Assembly (NCBI GenBank): GCA_001794905.1
Contig: MGLW01000005.1
Span: 16,127-37,428, forward strand
Reading direction: 5' to 3'
DNA: 21,302 nt
Source of the DNA: Chlamydiae bacterium RIFCSPHIGHO2_12_FULL_49_11
Lineage (GTDB): Bacteria; Chlamydiota; Chlamydiia; Chlamydiales; 2-12-FULL-49-11
Of the stretch, positions 1-9,041 are shown piece by piece; the stretch's first letter is position 1, and each line of letters opens with the position of its first letter. Position numbers and translations under genes: made by a program. Below the pieces are notes generated by a model. The model had not been told where the DNA came from and did no database searches. It worked only from the letters and a program-made list of their open reading frames with translations.

Positions 1-783
1 CGTTTTTCCGCAGGCCGACGGAAATGCAGCAGCGATGTGTTTGGTTTTCCCTTCCGGACTCGTAATCGACAAGATAAGCATGTGCTCTGCCATCCAACCT
101 TCATCGCGAGCCATCGTGCTCGCAATCCGAAGGGCAAAACACTTTTTTCCAAGCAAGGCATTTCCACCGTAGCCGCTCCCGTACGACCAGATTTCCCGAG
201 ATTCGGGAAAGTGGACAACATATTTTTCCTTGCTGCACGGCCACGGCACATCTTTTTTTCCCTCAAGAAGGGGCTTGCCAACCGAATGGATTCCGGGAAT
301 GAACTCTCCGTCTTTCGCAAGGTGCGACACCGCTTCTTGCCCCATGCGCGTCATGAGATGCATGTTCACAACGACGTAGGGAGAGTCGGTGAGTTCAATC
401 CCTATTTTCGAGAGAGGCGATCCGGGCGGCCCCATCATGTATATCACGACATACATGGTACGGCCTGACATAGATCCCTTGAAGAGGGCTTCGAGTTTCC
501 GGCGCATTGCAGCGGGATCTTTCCAATTGTTCGTCGGCCCCGCATCTTCTTTATTCCGACAACAAATGTAGGTCGACCCTTCGATGCGGGCGACATCGTC
601 GGGAGCGGACCGGAACAGAAAACTTCGGGGACGCACAAGAGCAGTAGCGACACCGTTTGCCTTCATTTCAGAGATGAGTCGATCAAACTCGGCCCGAGTA
701 CCGTCACAAAAATGCACACGGCTCGGCAACGTCAGCTTTCGAATGGAGTCGATCCATGCGTCTACTTTCGGATGAATTTTCAT
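1..783 (-). CDS. pckG: Phosphoenolpyruvate carboxykinase (GTP), 5' part (runs off window edge)
   Basis: Not in the ORF track (no stop in window). Manual translation from ATG at 783: [10 protein letters not shown]...[12 protein letters not shown]...GPTNNW...GRTMYV...[11 protein letters not shown]...[25 protein letters not shown]...[11 protein letters not shown]...[11 protein letters not shown], all PEPCK-GTP signatures. ATGA overlap with the mreB stop. Confidence 0.97.
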   Translation of the reverse strand, partial: MKIHPKVDAWIDSIRKLTLPSRVHFCDGTRAEFDRLISEMKANGVATALVRPRSFLFRSAPDDVARIEGSTYICCRNKEDAGPTNNWKDPAAMRRKLEALFKGSMSGRTMYVVIYMMGPPGSPLSKIGIELTDSPYVVVNMHLMTRMGQEAVSHLAKDGEFIPGIHSVGKPLLEGKKDVPWPCSKEKYVVHFPESREIWSYGSGYGGNALLGKKCFALRIASTMARDEGWMAEHMLILSITSPEGKTKHIAAAFPSACGKT

Positions 784-1865
784 ACAATCGTTTTCTTTTT
801 CGCAAACTGATGGAGAAATTCAAGTGCTTTTCCTGTACCAAGGCAGACGGCCAGAAGCGGATTTTGCGCTACAATCACGGGGAGGCCGCACTCTTTGATG
901 AGGAGTTTATCTAAACCTTTGATGAGAGCGCCGCCGCCGGCGAGAACAATACCGCGATCGACAAGGTCTGCAGCAAGTTCGGGGGGACATTTTTCGAGGG
1001 TGAGCTTCACCCCTTCACAAATCTGCTGGATGGGTTCGGCAAGGCATTCGCGGATTTCGACCGAATTGATCCGTTTAGTGACGGGAAGGCCGGCCACCTG
1101 GTCGCGTCCGCGCACCTCCATTTCGAGTTCCTGATCGCCGAGAGGATAGGCGGAGCCGATCGCAATCTTGATATCTTCGGCCGTACGGGGGCCGATCATA
1201 AGGTTATAGGTGCGGCGCATGTAGTTGATAATGCATTCGTCAAATTCGTCTCCCGCAATGCGAAGGGACCGTGACTCGACGATACCGCCGAGAGAAATGA
1301 TCGCAATCTCGGTAGTACCGCCGCCGATATCGACAATCATGTTTCCGGCAGGTTCATGTACGGGGAGATCAACGCCGATCGCAGCCGCCATCGGCTCTTC
1401 TATCAAGATCACTTCTTGCGCACCGGCGCGCAGTGCCGAATCTTCGACGGCGCGCTTTTCCACCCCGGTGATTCCGGACGGCACCGCAATCAATATTCTT
1501 GGACGGAAAAGACTCCGCTTCGGCGTAACACGTTTGATGAGTTCTTTGAGCATCCCCTCGGCAATTTCGAAATCGGCAATCACACCATCTTTCATAGGTC
1601 TCACGGCATGAATTTTCCTCGGTGTTTTACCGAGCATCGCTTTCGCGCGATGTCCGACGGCAAGCACTTCGTTCGTCTCCGAATCGACCGCCACCACCGA
1701 CGGCTCTGCAAGCACAATTCCTTTTCCCTTCACATACACGAGCGTGTTTGCCGTTCCAAGGTCGATACCGATGTCACTCGCAAACAGTTTCGTGATGGAC
1801 TTCCACCTGTTTGCAAGAAGATGACCCGATTTTTTCAATATGTGCATTAAATGTTCTCTATCCAT
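780..1865 (-). CDS. mreB: Rod shape-determining actin-like protein MreB
   Basis: [49 protein letters not shown] motifs; short N-terminal extension as in chlamydial MreB. Confidence 0.98.
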   Translation of the reverse strand: MDREHLMHILKKSGHLLANRWKSITKLFASDIGIDLGTANTLVYVKGKGIVLAEPSVVAVDSETNEVLAVGHRAKAMLGKTPRKIHAVRPMKDGVIADFEIAEGMLKELIKRVTPKRSLFRPRILIAVPSGITGVEKRAVEDSALRAGAQEVILIEEPMAAAIGVDLPVHEPAGNMIVDIGGGTTEIAIISLGGIVESRSLRIAGDEFDECIINYMRRTYNLMIGPRTAEDIKIAIGSAYPLGDQELEMEVRGRDQVAGLPVTKRINSVEIRECLAEPIQQICEGVKLTLEKCPPELAADLVDRGIVLAGGGALIKGLDKLLIKECGLPVIVAQNPLLAVCLGTGKALEFLHQFAKKKTIV

Positions 1866-1895
1866 GTGCCGCCCTTCAAAAGATCAGAAATCCCG

Positions 1896-1924
1896 ATGGT
1901 ACATGAATATTTTTTTTCATACAA
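1896..1924 (-). promoter_or_regulatory. Candidate sigma66/70 promoter for mreB-pckG
   Basis: Minus strand TTGTAT-N17-TACCAT ending 30 nt before the mreB ATG. Confidence 0.45.
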
Positions 1925-2033
1925 CTTTTCCTTGCTCACCCGTCGAAATGACATTATTTCTTGGGATTGGTATTATTTGATGACACGCCCTAGCTTTTAG
2001 AGATTGCCGGAGAGTTATTTCCCGCAAGCAGCC

Positions 2034-2163
2034 AAAACATGATAATGGGGATATGCCTGATATGCAAGATGAAGAGAAAGAGTATCATTTGAGGAACCTA
2101 TCCCGTTTTGAGACACCCATTTTTTTATCCCACATATCATGCATATCCCCATTATCATGTTTT
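2034..2163. repeat. 31-bp inverted repeat element (MITE/REP-like) with 68-nt spacer
   Basis: AAAACATGATAATGGGGATATGCCTGATATG (2034-2064) versus the reverse complement of 2133-2163, 30/31 identical; arms show GAT every 9 nt. Confidence 0.9.
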
Positions 2164-2214
2164 TTGCCTTTTGCAACCAAGTTTTGAGGTTTCTTCGGTA
2201 TATTTGACGACACT

Positions 2215-5082
2215 CTAAATTATTTTTCCGAGGAGCGCCGCTGCACGAGCAACCTTCTCACACAACGAATTGTAAAGTCTCTCCGCATCCTTGGGACCCA
2301 TCCCTTGAGGAAAAAATCCTCCCTCTTGTGCCGCCAAACTGAGCCGGAACGCGTCCATCTCTTCCCGCCAACCGAGCGAGAAGGGATAGTCACTCCCCTT
2401 TTCCAGACCGAACAGCTCCTCGATCTCCCTTACTTCATCCAAATATTGAGAAAGTAAGAGGTGAAGATTGTGCGTTTTTATCGGACGGGAATAATGCATT
2501 TTCCCAATTGCCTCAAAGGCATATTGGATTGAGGACATCAATATTCGAAAGTGCAGACTGAGGAGAGGGAGGGAAGACTCCTTCTCGAAGAGCCGAATTC
2601 CGTCCAAGAGGCGAGAAAGGTGTACCCTGACAACCGGTGAACGAGCCCTTTCCATCAGCTCTTTCACCTGTGCTTGTTCGCGGATCATTCTTACATCTCT
2701 AAACGGGGGGAGAATCGTCTCTGCCGCCGTCACTGCAATATCGAACCCGTCAGTCTCCTTGATTGTCCGCGCAACCTCGCTCAAAACATCCTCTACCGAT
2801 GTAATCGGGAGGGGCCCCATCAATGCAGGATATCGAAATGCTACTGTGCCGTTAGAGGAGAGGGAACGGATCCGACCTACCCCGGCCATAGAGGCCAAAT
2901 AGTCCAAATTGTGAATAAACAGCACCGAATCCCTGACCTTAAGAGCCCTACGTAAGAGTAGTGCCTCGAGAGTCAAGTAAGCGCTTTCTGCAAACCGTCC
3001 GGTCAACGTGTGACCAAATTCGGGATGGACTTTGATGAGTAGAGCCAACTGTTCCATATGAAATTGATGCAACGCCTGATCACGACACGACAGGCCTTGA
3101 CTTTCCATCAAATATTCCACATAGGTAATTCTTCTCTCTTGCAAGGGCAGAGACACGGTCACACTAGTGGTCTCTTCGGCAGCCGGCGCCGCCTCTTCTT
3201 CAACCGTTTCAACCCAAGCTCTCTGTCTCGGGCTCGATCTTTTCATTGCATGGCCGGTTCCGTTCTGATTCGCAACCGATTTTTTCACTTCGCAATCGGT
3301 TTCGTTCAGGAAGGCTTGAATTTGTTCCTCGGTCCACAAAACGTCATTTTCTGCAAATAATTGGGGCGTCGCCATGCCAATGAGTTCTCTCAGCAAGGAT
3401 GTAACATGGACAAAATACTTGACCTTTTCTAATAACTTCGAAGAGATATCGGCTTGTTCTTCAATGATTTCTACCGTGTCGTCCTCGGTTTTGAATGTGA
3501 AAGGAGCTCCGCTTTTTTGCAATTGGCCCCTTGTATGAGCGATCAATCCCTTCTGAATATTCGTTCGAAACCGTTCTGTATTATTCGCGTCTGTACTATC
3601 ACTCATGTCGATGCTCTTTTGCAACAATAGGTGCAATCTGGCATAGAACATACCGAACTCGTTACAGGGAATTTCTAGAGAGAAATCTCCTTCAGACCAC
3701 TTTGCATGTTGTTGCAATTGTGATTTACTTCTTGGTGATTCTCTTACATATTTTAAGAACATCGTAGCGGCGGTATCTTTCGTAATTAATTGCAATAGAT
3801 TTCTATTGAGTACGGCCCTAAACGACGTCACGATTGACCCTTTCAATTTTTCTAATAAACGATCTTTTTCCTTAATCAAGCCGGGACAACTTTCCCGAAT
3901 CGTGTTTATAATATCTTTGATCCTTTGGCCCGGCTCCAGATTCGCTAACGCCACGTTCTCAAATAGCCGTGATGTCTTCTCAAGAAACTCCATTGCCTTA
4001 GGATACTTTCTCCGCTCGGGAAAATCTCGTTTACCATGCTTACCATGGAGCCATTTTCCGAAGTTTTTTACGATAAGACTCCCTTCTTCGTCGGAGTAGT
4101 CAAATTGGTTTTCGAAAAGATCGACAACATCTTCTAACAATTGTTCAAAACACGCATGTTCCAAATCGAGAAGCGGCGACACCAGATCGTATTCATGCTG
4201 TACGGGAGTCCTAGTAAAAAAAGTGGCTCTTTGAAAAATTACCAGCGTACTCAAGCGAGAACATAGGACCGCTAGTGTGTCCTCAAGCACGGAAATTTCT
4301 CTCTCCATCGAAACAAACCTATCCTTAAAACTCAATATTTCGTCTGAAGTCGGCATTGATGCAATCCTTCTCACGCAGTTTTCGATATGATCCAAATAGG
4401 GCAATAGAGACAGGATATAATGTACGTATCTTTCGATGTCATTTGTCGCAGGGCCGCACGATTTCGGCGGGGTATAATTTTCACTTAAGATAGTTTTGAT
4501 CGTCTCTTTCAACGGTTCCATCTTCCACCGGCCGATGATTCTGACAAGCCACGCGGGCACATCGAACTTCTTTTCTTGAGACACGGCAACATAATTTCCG
4601 AACGGCTTTTTTAAACAGGAAGAAAACAACAGAATCCCTTTCACACTTCTAAGACATGCAACATCGGAGCAGCCTGCCTCTCGAAAACGTTCCTCCAATC
4701 GAACCTCTTTGGCCTCTTTCCCCTGCCACTCGCGCCTTTCGATATATCGGATCAGTTCTACAAGCTCCTTCGAGTATCCCAAACCCCTCTCGATTTCTTT
4801 CAACACTACAATATTCAAAATCACCGAGCACAGTTCCTCGACCGTTTTCGTATCCGGATCGCAAATCTGAAACGCCTCGGGACAACGGGAAACGAGGTCG
4901 GCAAGAAATTGCTTCGTCCTTGCCCCGTCCGAATCAACGCCAAGCCTGACCCTCATCGCCTCTGCCACCGCTACTGCCGCCATTATCTCTGCGTCTTCTT
5001 GTCTCTCAGCTTCTTGCGAAGAGCATGCCGGCGCGGAAACCGCTATCGCACTAATCGGACCCCCAGTCCTAACACCTTCCAT
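2215..5082 (-). CDS. Hypothetical 955-aa protein, candidate secreted effector with tandem HEPN-like C-terminal modules
   Basis: Long uninterrupted ORF; S/A/P-rich N-terminus, helical/coiled-coil core; C-terminal motifs LEALL..HNLDYL..RYP and QYAFEA..PIKTHNLHLLL..DYP. Confidence 0.85.
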   Translation of the reverse strand: MEGVRTGGPISAIAVSAPACSSQEAERQEDAEIMAAVAVAEAMRVRLGVDSDGARTKQFLADLVSRCPEAFQICDPDTKTVEELCSVILNIVVLKEIERGLGYSKELVELIRYIERREWQGKEAKEVRLEERFREAGCSDVACLRSVKGILLFSSCLKKPFGNYVAVSQEKKFDVPAWLVRIIGRWKMEPLKETIKTILSENYTPPKSCGPATNDIERYVHYILSLLPYLDHIENCVRRIASMPTSDEILSFKDRFVSMEREISVLEDTLAVLCSRLSTLVIFQRATFFTRTPVQHEYDLVSPLLDLEHACFEQLLEDVVDLFENQFDYSDEEGSLIVKNFGKWLHGKHGKRDFPERRKYPKAMEFLEKTSRLFENVALANLEPGQRIKDIINTIRESCPGLIKEKDRLLEKLKGSIVTSFRAVLNRNLLQLITKDTAATMFLKYVRESPRSKSQLQQHAKWSEGDFSLEIPCNEFGMFYARLHLLLQKSIDMSDSTDANNTERFRTNIQKGLIAHTRGQLQKSGAPFTFKTEDDTVEIIEEQADISSKLLEKVKYFVHVTSLLRELIGMATPQLFAENDVLWTEEQIQAFLNETDCEVKKSVANQNGTGHAMKRSSPRQRAWVETVEEEAAPAAEETTSVTVSLPLQERRITYVEYLMESQGLSCRDQALHQFHMEQLALLIKVHPEFGHTLTGRFAESAYLTLEALLLRRALKVRDSVLFIHNLDYLASMAGVGRIRSLSSNGTVAFRYPALMGPLPITSVEDVLSEVARTIKETDGFDIAVTAAETILPPFRDVRMIREQAQVKELMERARSPVVRVHLSRLLDGIRLFEKESSLPLLSLHFRILMSSIQYAFEAIGKMHYSRPIKTHNLHLLLSQYLDEVREIEELFGLEKGSDYPFSLGWREEMDAFRLSLAAQEGGFFPQGMGPKDAERLYNSLCEKVARAAALLGKII

Positions 5083-5144
5083 TCTTTATCCTATATTGAC
5101 ATTATGATTACGCTCTATTTTCAATACTTGGATAATAAAAATCC

Positions 5145-5228
5145 ATGAAGAAAAAGAGAATCATTCGTGAACATCAGGCGCAGCTATTCAATATTGAGGA
5201 AGAAATCGTTGAGGAACCGATCCCGTTC
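5145..5228 (+). pseudogene. Decayed cassette remnant (possible GxxExxY-family gene fragment), homologous to the spacer of the 2034-2163 element
   Basis: 5145-5165 matches 2069-2089 at 19/21 and 5209-5227 matches 2089-2107 at 18/19. Translates MKKKRIIREHQAQLFNIEEEIVEEPIPF; EHQAQLxN recalls the GxxExxY C-terminal motif. Confidence 0.45.
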
Positions 5229-5235
5229 GGTATAT

Positions 5236-8200
5236 CTAAGCTTCAAGAAGCTCGAGTACTTCCTGCCAGGTGAGGGAGGCGAGGATTGCGTCGTCGGCGG
5301 AGACGATTTGCGTGACGAGCCCCTTCTTCCGCTTTTGCATCTCGACGATTTTTTCTTCGATGGTCGAAAGGGTAACCAGCTTATAGACTGAAACGCTCTG
5401 CTTTTGTCCGATACGGTAAACACGGTCGGTGGCCTGGCTTTCGACGGCCGGATTCCACCACATGTCGTAGTGAATTACCGTGTCGGCACCGGTCAAATTG
5501 AGGCCGACGCCGCCGGCCTTAAGGGAGACAAGGAAAACGAGAATCGAAGAATCTTCATTGAACTCTTTCACAATTTCGAGGCGGTCTTTCGTCGCACCGT
5601 CAAGGTAAGAGAACCGCACCCCCCGTTCCGAAAGGTCGTTTTTCATGATCTGCAGCATTTTGGTGTATTGTGAGAATATGACCGTCTTATGGCCTCCCTC
5701 ATTGAGGGTCTCGAGCATTTCAAGGAGCATTTCATACTTGGCACTATCGTTAGGCTCAGGGAATTCTTTCGCAAAAATCGCAGGATGGCAACAAATTTGC
5801 TTGAGACGGGTCAGTGTCGCCAGAACATGGATTTGTACCTTGTCAAACCCGTCACGCTCGACGAGCTTGGTGAGTTCTTCGCGTGCCGAGGTGGCGTAGG
5901 AGCGGTAAAGCTCTTCCTGCTTTTCGGAAAGGCGGCAGTGGTAGACAAGCTCCGCAAGCGGCGGCAAGTCTTTGAGTACATCTTTTTTCATGCGACGCAA
6001 TATGAACGGGGTGACTTTCTTTTTGAGATAACCCAAATTCGATGTCTGTTCGGATCCGCTGAGGCGGATGTATTTTTCGACAAAACGGTCATAAGAATTG
6101 AGGAAACCAGGCATGAGGAAATCGAAAAGGCTCCACAGCTCGTCGAGTGAGTTTTCAATCGGCGTACCCGACAAAATCAGTTTGTGAAGGGATCGGAGCA
6201 TTTTGACCGACTTAGCGTTGCGCGTTCCCCGGTTTTTGATGTGCTGGGCTTCATCGAGAATCACATAATCGAACTGCTCGACTTTGTAAAAGTCGATGTC
6301 TTTCTGGATCAGGCTGTAAGAGGTGATAATAAGATCGACATCGCGCATTCTCTCGATCAGTTTCTTGCGGACGGCCGGCACTCCGTCAATAACGACAGCT
6401 CTAAGCTCGGGATTGAAACGGGCTACTTCTTCCTTCCAGTTGTAGAGAAGCGAAGTGGGACAAACGACGATCGAAAGGGCTTTTTTCTTTTTTTGATAGT
6501 ATTGAGTGAGGGCCACGATTGCCTGCAACGTTTTTCCAAGACCCATGTCGTCGGCTAAAATGCCGCTGAGGTACATCGATGATAGCCTCTCGATCCAATG
6601 TACTCCTTCCACCTGATAGGGGCGGAGCGTTGCACGGATATGTTTCGGAATCGGCGTCGGCTCGATCTGGCTCTCGCCGAGCATCTGTTTTTGAATTTCT
6701 TCGAGCTTTTTGCTCATCGAAAACTTGACGGGAAGACCCTGAAAAAGGTCGGAGTGCATGTTGGCAAGGCTCCATAGAGGCCTTTCCAGCTTATGGTTGG
6801 AGAGCTTTTCGATGCCGAGTTCATCGAAGAGCTGAATCACTTTGGTGACGATATCGATATCGAGCACCAAAATTTTGGGCATCTTCCCTTTTTTCTTCCC
6901 TTTTTTGCCGGTCTCGTCAAGTTCGATAAAGGAGCGTCCGGCAAGCGAACACTCGAAAAGGCGGTTCATTCTAACCCCTTCCAGCATGCCGTCGACTTCG
7001 AGTTCCACCTCGAACAGGTCGATGCGCTCAAGGTGCGAGAGTTTCAGCTTGAAAGTGGTCTTGTCGTAAATAAATTGGTCGAGGAGATTTTGCGGACAGT
7101 TGAATTCAATCCTGTCCTGATATTTCGGAATTGTTTCGGTCATGAATTCGACAATCTTTTTCTCGCTCTTCGTGACGAAATTCCCCGTTTCTCCCTCATA
7201 GACAAAATCCTGAAAAAGACCTTCGAGAAGTTTTTTCTCTTCGCTGAGCGAGCGTGCAAAAATCCCTTCCGGCCGTACAAATTGCATGATTTCTTCATAC
7301 GTGACTTTATCAATGCCGCCGGGCACAAGCAGATTTTCATAACGGAAAAAGATCGTAGCATCGAGCTCTCCGTCCAGGTAGGAAAGGTCGCACACCCCTT
7401 TGACTTCTTCCACCTGCGGTATGGTGGAAAAACGGGAAATCCCTTTCTCGTTCGTAATTTTTGCATACCGGTGGAGTTCCGGGAGGGCATTTTCGATAAA
7501 GGTGCCGAAAAGAGGTTCCGGTACCGTCAAATCGCGCATATCTGCGAGATAGCCGAGGTGTTTGCGCGAAATTTCGGGACCGAAGCGGTAATATACGTCT
7601 CCTTTGAGCATGCCGGGGAAGGCGCACTCCAAAAACTCCACTTCATCGAAAGGGTAGATATCCTGGTCGGTTTTTACTTTCGGATTGATCAGAATTTTGG
7701 CCGATGGCGGCTCGATATATTCGAGGTACATTTCGAACTGCGCAGGAATGGGAGAAAATTGGAGCTGCTTTTCGAGCGTCGTATGGAATAAAAACGGCAT
7801 AGGAGGATAGTCGTCCCCTTCATTGAACTGGGCAAGGCTCCTCGTGCTTGCCATCCCGACATCAAAGGCATGTGCGAGCATGAGACCGAACGTTTTCATT
7901 TCAACAAAAGCGCTCTTTTGCCCGCGGTCGGTCGTCGCCTTGTCGTGCACGCGGCAAAAATCAACTAGCATGCGGATAAATTGCCGGTGCGGTGCCTTGA
8001 ACGACTCTTCGGTGAAAAGATATTTTTTTCCACCGATGAATACAGCCTCTTCATGCCGAATCCCTTCGAGGAAATCTTTCGCACAGGGAATATACAACGG
8101 CTTGGAACGGGAAGGCAGCCTAAGGGCAAACTGCATTTCGACGATCGGTCGTGGGAGGGCTTCTTTTTCGGGAAGGTGAAAAATGAGGAGGATATCGGCC

Positions 8201-8724
8201 GGATCGGGCACCTTTTTTTCTTCTGCCACAAAAAAGGGGGAAGCCGCGAGCAGCTTCGATGCACGGATGTACTCCTGCAAAATTTCGCGTTGGAATTGCA
8301 GCCCCTGCTGGATTTCAGTTTTCGAAACGGCCTCTTTGACCACTTCGAAGAGTTCCTCTTTTTGCGCTGCGTTCAGGTCGGAATTTTCGGCGATCTTTTC
8401 GAGGTCGTTCTCTTTTGAATAGTTGACGATGATAGCATCGAGATGCTTTTCCAGATAGAAAAGCACGGCGGCCAGGTGTTGACAATCGTAATGGTAGGGA
8501 CAATCGCAATTTGAATCGATCATCTCGCAATCAACTCGGTCGATCTCGATTTCGCTTTCATAGGTGCTTCCAAACTGCCCTTCCACCTTGGCAAAGATGT
8601 GCAGGCTGTCGGTATCAAAATGCAATATTTTGACCTGCAGTACTTTCTCCTCTTCAAAGAGGGTCCTCCCCTCTTTCAGGATATTCTGCGAAAATTCCTG
8701 CTTTAGTTTCCTAACATTTAACAT
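5236..8724 (-). CDS. SWI/SNF2-family helicase with N-terminal SWIM zinc finger (chlamydial CT708-like)
   Basis: CDCPYHYDCQH SWIM motif; LRPYQVEG, ILADDMGLGKT, LDEAQ, LSGTPIENS, IFSQ, SLKAGGVGLNL, DMWWNPAVESQATDRVYRIGQ helicase motifs; chlamydial synteny with mreB and tig. Confidence 0.97.
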   Translation of the reverse strand: MLNVRKLKQEFSQNILKEGRTLFEEEKVLQVKILHFDTDSLHIFAKVEGQFGSTYESEIEIDRVDCEMIDSNCDCPYHYDCQHLAAVLFYLEKHLDAIIVNYSKENDLEKIAENSDLNAAQKEELFEVVKEAVSKTEIQQGLQFQREILQEYIRASKLLAASPFFVAEEKKVPDPADILLIFHLPEKEALPRPIVEMQFALRLPSRSKPLYIPCAKDFLEGIRHEEAVFIGGKKYLFTEESFKAPHRQFIRMLVDFCRVHDKATTDRGQKSAFVEMKTFGLMLAHAFDVGMASTRSLAQFNEGDDYPPMPFLFHTTLEKQLQFSPIPAQFEMYLEYIEPPSAKILINPKVKTDQDIYPFDEVEFLECAFPGMLKGDVYYRFGPEISRKHLGYLADMRDLTVPEPLFGTFIENALPELHRYAKITNEKGISRFSTIPQVEEVKGVCDLSYLDGELDATIFFRYENLLVPGGIDKVTYEEIMQFVRPEGIFARSLSEEKKLLEGLFQDFVYEGETGNFVTKSEKKIVEFMTETIPKYQDRIEFNCPQNLLDQFIYDKTTFKLKLSHLERIDLFEVELEVDGMLEGVRMNRLFECSLAGRSFIELDETGKKGKKKGKMPKILVLDIDIVTKVIQLFDELGIEKLSNHKLERPLWSLANMHSDLFQGLPVKFSMSKKLEEIQKQMLGESQIEPTPIPKHIRATLRPYQVEGVHWIERLSSMYLSGILADDMGLGKTLQAIVALTQYYQKKKKALSIVVCPTSLLYNWKEEVARFNPELRAVVIDGVPAVRKKLIERMRDVDLIITSYSLIQKDIDFYKVEQFDYVILDEAQHIKNRGTRNAKSVKMLRSLHKLILSGTPIENSLDELWSLFDFLMPGFLNSYDRFVEKYIRLSGSEQTSNLGYLKKKVTPFILRRMKKDVLKDLPPLAELVYHCRLSEKQEELYRSYATSAREELTKLVERDGFDKVQIHVLATLTRLKQICCHPAIFAKEFPEPNDSAKYEMLLEMLETLNEGGHKTVIFSQYTKMLQIMKNDLSERGVRFSYLDGATKDRLEIVKEFNEDSSILVFLVSLKAGGVGLNLTGADTVIHYDMWWNPAVESQATDRVYRIGQKQSVSVYKLVTLSTIEEKIVEMQKRKKGLVTQIVSADDAILASLTWQEVLELLEA

Positions 8725-8791
8725 CTATAAAATTTCCAACCGATGGCTTCACAAGCTACAAGCTTTAGCTTTTACATTTTTTTCCGCCCGA

Positions 8792-8821
8792 TTGCAACAA
8801 AAAAATCTCCACCAATATAAT
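8792..8821 (+). promoter_or_regulatory. Candidate promoter upstream of tRNA-Gly/tig
   Basis: TTGCAA-N18-TATAAT. Confidence 0.5.
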
Positions 8822-8902
8822 ATAGTGTCGTCCGGAAAATCGCATATAAGAATTTTAGGGCGCTTCCAAATTTCTTTCACACCCTAAGTAGAGATTTTGG
8901 GA

Positions 8903-8931
8903 TTGCAATAAAAAGGGGGGTAGGATAGGCT
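8903..8931 (+). promoter_or_regulatory. Second, proximal candidate promoter for tRNA-Gly
   Basis: TTGCAA-N17-TAGGCT ending 19 nt before the tRNA. Confidence 0.35.
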
Positions 8932-8950
8932 TGACGACCATATAAAGTGT

Positions 8951-9022
8951 GCGGGTGTAGCTCAGCGGTAGAGCATCACGTTGCCAACGTGGAGGTCGTG
9001 GGTTCGAATCTCATCACCCGCT
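8951..9022 (+). tRNA. tRNA-Gly (GCC), CCA not encoded
   Basis: Acceptor stem GCGGGTG/CACCCGC, D arm TAGCTCAGCGGTAGAGC, anticodon arm CACG-TTGCCAA-CGTG, T loop GGTTCGAATC; followed by TTTT rather than CCA. Confidence 0.97.
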
Positions 9023-9041
9023 TTTAAAATTGGAATTGACT

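Noticed and set aside
37-775. Short ORFs listed by the track at the left edge
   Set aside because: The region is fully explained by the minus-strand pckG frame, which lacks a stop in the window.
2034-2163. Possible CRISPR array or IS element
   Set aside because: Only one inverted pair, no repeat-spacer series, and no transposase or cas gene in the window.
6793-7791. 332-aa plus-strand ORF, and other antisense ORFs within the helicase, tig, clpX and mreB
   Set aside because: Shadow frames opposite well-supported conserved genes; no recognisable motifs.
8951-9022. tRNA-Gly as an integration site
   Set aside because: No duplicated tRNA 3' end or integrase seen; the flanking genes are the normal chlamydial neighbours.
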